The notes under the pieces were generated by a model that was given only the letters and a program-made list of their open reading frames with translations, was not told the DNA's origin and ran no database searches. The position numbers and the translations under genes were made by a program. Positions 55,443-64,000 of a stretch of 64,000 bases of DNA are shown here, piece by piece. The stretch is from Paraspadella gotoi (Eukaryota; Animalia; Chaetognatha), in assembly GCA_051294375.1 (NCBI GenBank), contig CM119269.1, forward strand, positions 20,192,814 through 20,256,813, written 5' to 3'. How positions within the stretch are numbered: the stretch's first letter is position 1; each line of letters opens with the position of its first letter.

Positions 55443-58400
55443 TAACCAATCCACCCTCCACCAGCAATGGATCCTCTTTCGCCGCAAAGCGTCGAGGACA
55501 TCGACGTCGAGACGGTCAACCGCGACGAAAGGACCAATCAGGAGACGTCGTCGTCCTCGACCACAGGCCATAGAGCCAATCAGGAGTCTTCGCAAGCGTC
55601 AGCGGGGCATCGGGCCAACCAGGACCCGCCTCGCTCCAACCAAACGAATCAAAACAACCCCGGCGTTCACCCAATCAAAACATTCCAATATTTATCCATC
55701 GGGCACTTCCCTTGCCTTTCGGGTAAGTCCGTCGGGAGGGAAGAAGAGATTAGGTAAATAAATTGTATGTTAAGTAATCGTTTATTAAGGGAAGGTCGTG
55801 GTTTTTGAAAGACGATTTTGAAAATGAAATTGGTACGGCCAATATAAAAATTATTCTTTCGTCAAGTATTGCCCCTGACTGTGAATAATCCCTTTTACAA
55901 GATCAAGCAAGCTTTTCAGAAAAACTTTCTCAATTTGATATCTCCCGTTACTTAGCTAAGTATTTAGTTATAAATTATGTAAATTTTGCAATTTAATTAA
56001 AAGCACAACTCCCTAAGGATTAGTTTAGGAAATACGATTTTGCTCAGCTGCAGCATCGAAATACAATGTGCTTCTTTTTTTTTGACGACTATCTCTTCAT
56101 CTACTCTTCTACTTCTCACACCTTCCCCCCCTCCACCAGAGTCGATCAACAACCTCCGTAAAAAGGGTCGATTCTGCGACGTCACAATCTCCATCGGCGA
56201 CAACAGATTCCGCGCCCACAAGGTCATCCTCGCCTCCTCGTCCGAGTTCTTCGCCAGCCTCTTCGAAAAGGACCGCGAATCGGCCGAGACGCTGGTCGGT
56301 GTCTTCTCGCTATTTTTTGTAGTGCTAATTGTCGTTCTTGTTATTGTTCTAGATTTTGTTTTTGTCTTTAAAGGGATGCGGTGGTTTTTGTAGGAGCTGT
56401 AGTTGTGTTGTTGTTTTGTTCCTTTGAAGTTAAAACACTTTTAGACTCTTTTAATTATTGTCTTTCAGCCATTAAGTGATAGTACCACATCATTTTCAAA
56501 CTGTTTTATTTTTTTAATTTTTCTCGTCTGAAATCTTTTCCTCCAGATTCATCTTGACGATCCCGTCAAAGCGAATGGATTCGAACCGATCCTCGATTTC
56601 TTTTACACGTCCGTCTTGACGGTTGAGGTAGGCGAATTCATAAATCGTTTAAATTTATTAAACCGTTAAATATATTACATTTAATCTCTCATCAATCCAT
56701 CAGTCTTCTGCGTTGTTGGACGTACTCTCCGTCGCCTCCTTTCTCCAGCTCCATCAAATCGTTCACAAATGTTGCGACTTCATGAAAGATTTGCACAAAG
56801 TCGCCGCTGCATCGTCGGCGGCCGCCGCCGCAGCAGCCGCCGCGGCGCAGGTAAGCCTCCGAAAAATGACGCGGAAGAGAATACAGCAGCATTTTAATCA
56901 CAAACATTGGTCACTTCAGTCTCCGAATTTTCCCTCTCGACCTCCGCCGACGCAACTGGGCCTGATGCCACCGCTGCCGCACCCTAAGTCGGCAGGGCCG
57001 CCTCCGCATCCGTTGCCGGTACCGCCGCCTCCGCCACCGTCGCAATCGCCGCAGTATTCCGGCGGCGGCGGAGCGGCGTCGTCGTCCTCGGCGACCGGGC
57101 CTATTCACGTCCGCGGCGCCGCGGTGGGCGTGTCACCGGAAGTGGCGTCGTTTCACTCGTCGCAGAGGGCGCTGTTGTTCGAATCGATGAGGCTGGGGTT
57201 GGCGATGGCTGCGTCAACGGGTAAGGTTTCGGATTGTTATGAACTTATGAGGGTCAGGGGGAAATTTCCTATTTTTGTTATTCTTACTAAATCCTAACCT
57301 AATCTCTCAGCGCCGGCGACGACTCTCGTCAGCCAAGACAGCGCCACCCCTATCACCACGCCCCTTACCGGCGCCCTTCCCCATGCTCCTTCCCTCCCGG
57401 CGTCGACCGGAAGAGACGCTGCGGCGTCGATGGAAGCGTCAATGACGCCACGTGACGTCGCCGACGCAGCCGAGCCGCGCGATGCCATGAGAGCGCCGAG
57501 AGACAAACCGGCGTCGCGCGATTCGTCCCTTGAATCTCGAGACGCTTCGGGCAGAGAATCTTTCGTTCGAGAGCAGCAGCAAAAGCAACATCGGTTGCTG
57601 CAGCAGCAACATAATTTTCCGCAGGAAGAGTCCCTTGATTTGTCGCAGGTAACTTTTTTAAAATTTATTTCTGCCGATTTTTTATATATTTTTTTTTGGG
57701 GGGGGAGGAAATTAATAATATTTTCCAAGGCTTATATTAAAAGTGTTCGAAAATCAAAGAACTGAAATGGGGAACCACTGACACAAATTTCTTGCTTATA
57801 ATTCTTTAGCAATTAATACTTTGAAGGTCCCCTTTACCGTTCGTGACCCTTGGAATTTTACGAGTCAATTAGTTTGAATAAAATAATAATATGATTCAAT
57901 TATTATAATCTTATAATTCAATGATTTTAAAATTTCAGTCCGGTCGCCCTTTCATCAAGCGAGAGTCTTCGTCGACCCTGGAGGAGGCGGTTTCCACAAC
58001 CGGCGGTCGCCGCCAAGAAATCCCAGCGGTGGGCGGCGGCGGCGGGAGCGGCGTAGGTGGAGAGCGACGACACTGCCCCCCGGCGGCGTCTCAGCCCCGC
58101 AGCCCTACGAGGGTGGCGGAGGCGGCCCGTGGGCGAGGGAGGAAGAGACCGGAGGAAGAGGAGGTGGTTGAGGATGAGGAGGAAGTGACGGAGGAGGGAG
58201 GAAGGAAAGAGTCAAGGTTAGTGAAAGCGAAAATTTCGAAAGAAAGGGGACGAAAAGAAGAAAAGAAAACGAAAAAAAAGGAAACGAGGCAAAGAAAGAC
58301 AAAGTTATGAGTGGAATCGCGAAAAGGAAATTATTGTTCAAAGGAGTGCTCGTCTAAAAATTTCATCCGTTTACAGATGTTAAATTCTTAAATTATAAAA

Positions 58401-59313
58401 TTTTGCGAATGCTAGTCTTAAAATTCCATCCGTTTACGGTTGTTAAATTCTTATATTCTAATTATCTCCCCTCCTTATTCTCCATTTTCAGAGAGGATTC
58501 TCTCCAATTCACCCCCAAGCGACGACGCAGCGTCTCGCCCTCCGTGGAGACAATCGACCCTTCTGACCGCCGCGCCTCCACCCCGGGCGCGCCACAGCCC
58601 TTTCCCCGTCCCCTGGCCACGCCCCCTCAGCAGAACCTCTCCGCCCCGCGCGGCACGCCGCCCCAAAGACCTCAGGACTTTCAACAACAACAGCAGCAGC
58701 AACGGGAACTTCAGCAACTTCAACAGCAACATCAAAGACCTCAACCGGAACGACCTCTAGTCAGCGACCCAACTGTGGATAGCAGGGCGCCTTTGTCCAT
58801 AGCAGGTTGGGATTCTTGTTGTTCTATCTTTGTCACTCTGTCTCTGTCTCTCTCTTTCTCTTTTTGTCACTTTGTATCTCTCTCTTTGTTTCTCTCCCTC
58901 TGTCTGTCTCTTTCTCTCTCTCTCTGACTCTCTCTCTGTCTCTCTCTCTCTCTCTCTCTTTCAAATATATCTTTCTCTTCCTTATTTTCTCTCATTACCT
59001 TATTCTAACATTGTTGCCATTTTCCCTTCCTTTTTTTATTTCCCCTTCCCCCCCCCAGAATTCGATCGCCTCCTCCCCTCCCACTTTCACCCTTCCCGCT
59101 CCAAATCCTCCGCCTCCCTCGCCATCGTCCCTCTTCACTCCCGCCTCGCCCTGGCGCCGTCCGGGCTCGATCTTGCGGCGCCGCCATCTCTCGCGGCGCC
59201 GCCCGTCGATGCCGCTCGGAATGGCACTCCTCCGCCGAGTCCGAGGGGCGAGCCGGCGACGCCGAGAAGACCGGAGGGAGCAGAGGGCAGCCGGAAGCCG
59301 GACAGGTAGATGA

Positions 59314-59401
<88 letters not shown>

Positions 59402-61056
59402 AACAAACTAATTCAAAAAAATATTCCATGATATAAACACTGAAAATACCCAGCTAAAAACTGAAGAATATTTCTTTTCTTAAAAAAAAAACACTATCGA
59501 GTAATAATAAATAATCTTAATCAACTACTGATAACTAATTAATTCTAATCAACCCCAGTACCGGCCAATTCGGCGCCTCTTACGACCCCGAACCGTCGAC
59601 GTCTATGGAAGAAGATCGACAGAGAATGCAAGCGATTAGACAGCAGCACAGCCTTCAGCAGCAGCAGCACCAACAGCACCAGCAGAACCTTCGGGCCATT
59701 GAGTTACAGCAGTTTCAACCGATCAGGCTGGACGAAGATGGAAACGAGCAAAAGTACGACGATGAATTAATGAATTGATTGGCTGGTTTTACGGATGTTA
59801 TAGATTCTCATTGACTGATTCGAATGACGGCCCACGTTATCCTCACGTTATCATCACGTTATCATTGATTGGTCATTTGTTTAATATATTTGCTTTCCTT
59901 CATCCGAAAAACCAGCCGCGCCGACGACGCCCCCTCTCGCTCCTCCTCCCGCGCCGACGACGACTCCGTCCACGCCCCCACGGATCACGTGACCGCCTCC
60001 GACCGCGACGCAGTGACCGCCTCCGTCGGCTGCTCCACGGCCGCCACTACGTCGTCCACGTCGTCGTCCTCGACGTCGTCGTCGTCGTCTCTGCTCGATG
60101 CTCTCTTCGCCAGCGAAGCGCCGGGGTCGACGTCCGAGTTCACAGGTGGGAGAGGGAAGAGTTCCCAGATGGGAGAGGGAGGAGTAGGGGTTCAGAGGAC
60201 GTGGATAAGGGGGTTGAAAGGTGAACGGGGGGGAGAGGGAAGAGGGAAAAAGGAAGATGGAGGAAGAAGTCGGGGAAGACTGATAGAAAGAGGGAAATGA
60301 GGACGAGCTCATCAGAATTAAAAAAAGACTTTAAACTAATCACTCCTTTTCGTAAATTGTCCAAGTGCAGCCCTTCAAAAAATGAGGCCCTCAATACAAT
60401 TGCGGTATTAAAGTGCAATTGCTTTTAATTTTCCCGTTTCTAGGAAGCGGCGCTCAGTTGCGGTTCCATTCGTTGGTTCGTAACGCTGCGGAAAAGGCGG
60501 ACATTTGGAGTTCGGGAATTCGAGTGCGCGACATCACCACGGATCAGGTTGGTTCAGAAAGAAGCATCTCAATCAAATTTAGATTCTCTTTGGTGCAAAT
60601 ACAGAGATTGATTGTCATTGATGCTATTAAAATATCTATGAGTTTGGCAATAGTATTTAATCATAGTCCTGACTTCTAAGGCTTTTCGAGTTACTTTTTA
60701 AATTGGAGGACTTCAACAGTCACTCGTTCCATGTATTCTTTGATCGCTTCTTTTTTTTATTTCCATCTTTATTAAAATTAAAATGAAAGAAAAGATTCCG
60801 TCCCTCTTATCAATAATTTTACTTCTCATTTTCGACTCACAACCAATTCTCCTATCACCATCACCGCCCCCCCCCCCTCCGAACTCAACAGGCCGGCGTT
60901 TTCTTCGAAGAGATTTTCGTCAAGGCTCCGGATCTTCGTCCGTTCAAGGAGCAGGTCTGGAAGAAACTCTGTTCCAAACTCAAGGGAAGGCGTCAGTACT
61001 TGAATCAGCTCAGCCGGCGAAAGCAAAGCGCCGGACAACCGGATCAGCCGAGTTGA
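55385..61056 (+). CDS. BTB/POZ-domain nuclear protein with a long disordered middle, no C2H2 fingers and a C-terminal helical (BEN-like) domain; ~14 exons; start at 55385 or 55467
   Basis: ZBTB-type BTB: INNLRKKGRFCDVTISIGDNRFRAHKVILASSSEFFASLF / GFEPILDFFYTSVL / LLDVLSVASFLQLHQIVHKC. Downstream exons join in frame to ..VWKKLCSKLKGRRQYL..QPS*. Confidence 0.9.
59332..59403. repeat. (GAAA)n microsatellite
   Basis: Directly visible. Confidence 0.95.
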
Positions 61057-63728
61057 AGGCTCCAGACATCCGGAAAGTTAATCGGCGGATGAGAGGATGA
61101 TAAGAGTTATTCGGAGACAGCAAAGGATTTTCAGCAGAATGTAAATTAAATAAAAGAGTAAATTTAATTTTTTTTTTTTTTTTTTTTTTGTGAACCTGAT
61201 GCTGGTTTTTTTTTAGGGTCCTTTCCTTTCCTAAATCTTTGCTCGTAGCTCGTCGAATTTTTACTCGCCTCACCTTTTACTTATACCTAGTTTAAAATAG
61301 TAACAAAAAACAAAAAAAAAGAAAAACAAAAGAATAAAACGCTAACAAGCAGATAACTCCGACGCCGTTTTTTTGTTAATTTACTAATCCCGAACGTTTC
61401 TCTTTGTCCAAAGGAGTCGAGAGCGTCTCAAGTAAATTACGTATTTGTTACCTCCGATCAGTGCTAAAGTTTTTTCCTCCAGACCAAGACTCTTCGTCCT
61501 CACTTTTCCCTCTACCTTATTTTCTCCAATGAATCTGTTATGGTAAATGAAAAAAAAACAAACTGTAGTTTGTAGGAAGCGAATTGTTAACTGAATCTCG
61601 GTTTATGGCCGGAGCGAACGACAACAAAAAACTGAAAGGAAGGACCGATTATTTTAAGAAAAAGGTGCAGCTAATTTAAAAATATCCAAAAATCATTTAG
61701 TGGTGCCCCTAATGCAACATACCTAGGGGTGACCAAGGGTGAATAGATTTCTGACCGTGAGAGCGGCGCTCCTAAAGCTAATCCCTTTTGGGAATTTGGA
61801 TTTTTTTTTAGATTTCAGTCGTAACTTTCTTGCGATTATTTTTTTTGTCAGTTCGCTACTGCAAGGTGATTGATTGTATTGACTACCATGTACCCTGATT
61901 TTAAAATCGTCTAAACCGCTTCATAGCGATAGAAGTTTTATCTCTGTTATTATTTTCAAAAATTTTTACCTAAACCACTAAATGTACAATAAACGAATTT
62001 TACCGCGTCCAGAGTGTAACCATGTATAATTCTGTTGTAATCAGCGACATGTTTATTACTATTATAATTCTTTGTTTTAAGTAGGAAACCAAGGCCTCTG
62101 AGGTCAACTGTTACAAGCCGTAAACATAATAGTTTACAGCCAAATTTTTCTTTCCTGTGATAAACGTCCGGTGTAGACGTAGTTTAGATTTTTTTTTTTT
62201 TTTCGTTTTCGCTGTTTAACAACCATTGTGTAATTTGCACTGAGTAGTAAGCTTTGTGTACTGATCGTCGTTCAGTCCGCAAAATATTTTGACTGTTTCG
62301 AACGAGAGTAGACACTTTCCAAAAAAAAACATCGATAATCAGTATTTCTGTTGTTTAAAAATTCGTCTGAGACTAGAAAAACTCTGTTTTACTTTAAATC
62401 GGAAATATTATCGGTAGAATTTTGTAAAAAATACCGTAAAATCGAGTAGTTTTACTAATTAAATCTTTATGTTACAAAATCGTTACAGTCACAAACTCAC
62501 GACTAAAAAAAAAACAAAAACCAAAATAAAATCGAAAAAATAACTAAAATCTGTTCATAAAATGAGCCAACATTTTTTCAACGAAACAATACTGTATTTA
62601 CACCATCGTTCCTTTATTTCGATTACTTTTCTGCCAAACTTATCAAACCCACTTTACTACCAAAAACAAAACACAAAAACTCAAAACTCAGTCTGCTCTC
62701 TGTTTTTTTTTTTCTCTTCTGTTTTCTCTTTTCCGAAACTCGAGTCCGATTCAAAATAATCACAAAGTCATTTTTTTCACCATCAACAATGTTTTTTTTT
62801 CCTTGCGTCCGTGACACGTTTTCTCGTGTCTGTCACAATCTACATTCGTTCACACTGTTATTTATTTTCTACTCCGTTGTTCCTTCCTGTCTACAAGTGA
62901 TTCCGAAACTAAAACAAACAAACAAACAAAAACGCAAAAGACCATCGTTACTTATTCTGTTTTTTTTTTTTCATTTAAAGCCTTTTTTCTTTTTCTGTAA
63001 ATATAAACAAAAAAGAGAAAATTTTGAATATACTCTGTTTGAAATTAAAATAATTTGTACTGTTTAAAAATGAAAACATATTGAAAATTAAATCTATGCA
63101 GAAGCGTTTAAAGCTTTCATCATGAAATGTATAATTGTGAAACTTTTTAATTTGTCTTTACGATTGGTTATTTAAATTTGGTTTAACATTTTTTACCGTT
63201 GAATCTTCGTTTTAAAGTTTTATACTTAAAATATCCAAACCTTGTCCTGTCAAGAAAAACAAAAATATATAAACTTATTAAACTTACTCCGCTTTTAAAT
63301 TTTTTTTTAAATTACAGTTCCGTGCAATAGAGAAATTGTAAATCCGTATCTGTACTACCCTGTTGGATTGGAAATAAAATGAATGGTCTGACAAAAATCC
63401 GTGTCCCTCTCTTTGTTCCTCAATTATTATTATAAACACAAAGTTTTGGGAGCATCGCAATTATGTAGAAGAGCGAATAGAAAAACCGGGGCAACACATT
63501 CACAATAGAACCCGCGTGACCATATAAAATCTAAATGAGTCTAGTTATTTGTCCTACAAACTAAAGTACTTCCTTCTTTTTTCGAAAACACTGAGCTTCT
63601 TTGATTAATTTTCATTTCACCAGGGTCATTTGAGGAAAATAGTAATAATGAAATTTAATAAAATTGTTGAATTATCAAATATTGTAAGACAGAAAATTTT
63701 TTTGAAAGACGTCACCGCGATGTACGGA

Positions 63729-63937
63729 TCAGTGCAGCCCGGTGACCTTAGTGATCCAGGACATGTAGTAAGCGACGTTACTATAAATTCCCGGCCTGAA
63801 CCTCTGGGCGCATCCCATGCCCCAGGAAACCACGCCCACGACCGTCACGTGGTTATCTTTTATCGACACCAGAGGGCCGCCGCTGTCGCCCTGACACGTG
63901 TCAACCCCTCCGTTCATGGAGCCCGCGCAGAACATTC
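63729..63937 (-). CDS. Terminal exon of an S1A trypsin-like serine protease (gene continues beyond the window)
   Basis: [35 protein letters not shown]. Asp at the S1 pocket position. TAG acceptor at 63938-63940. Confidence 0.96.
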
Positions 63938-64000
63938 CTAGAGAGTAAATATGAATATTTAGGTATATTCACGTATTCCTTTTAAAGCTTTTGTTACTAT

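Overview
Eukaryotic, almost certainly metazoan, genomic DNA: AT-rich short introns, GC3- and CpG-rich exons, and many (AG)n tracts. No rRNA, true tRNA, CRISPR or prokaryotic features were seen, and most ORF-track entries are microsatellite or antisense noise. Hand-spliced gene models, left to right: an uncharacterised 6-exon gene (-), a PMP22/EMP/claudin-family gene (+), two tandem SLC22 organic-ion transporters (+) with an unknown gene between them and an antisense gene nested in an intron of the second, a divergent single-intron aspartate aminotransferase-like gene (-), a WD40 gene with an N-terminal helical domain (+), a BTB protein with no zinc fingers and a BEN-like C-terminal domain (+), and the last exon of a trypsin-like protease (-). 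About 33.8-46 kb is largely assembly artefact (noisy direct and inverted copies, poly-A smear), and N gaps continue to 50.2 kb. The most notable signals are ~100-bp TSD-flanked elements, one carrying a minimal hammerhead ribozyme core; the aminotransferase lacking Arg292; the nested gene; degenerate splice signals (GC donors, frequent AAG/GAG acceptors); and two duplications of splice donors. All coordinates were counted by hand and no database search was run.
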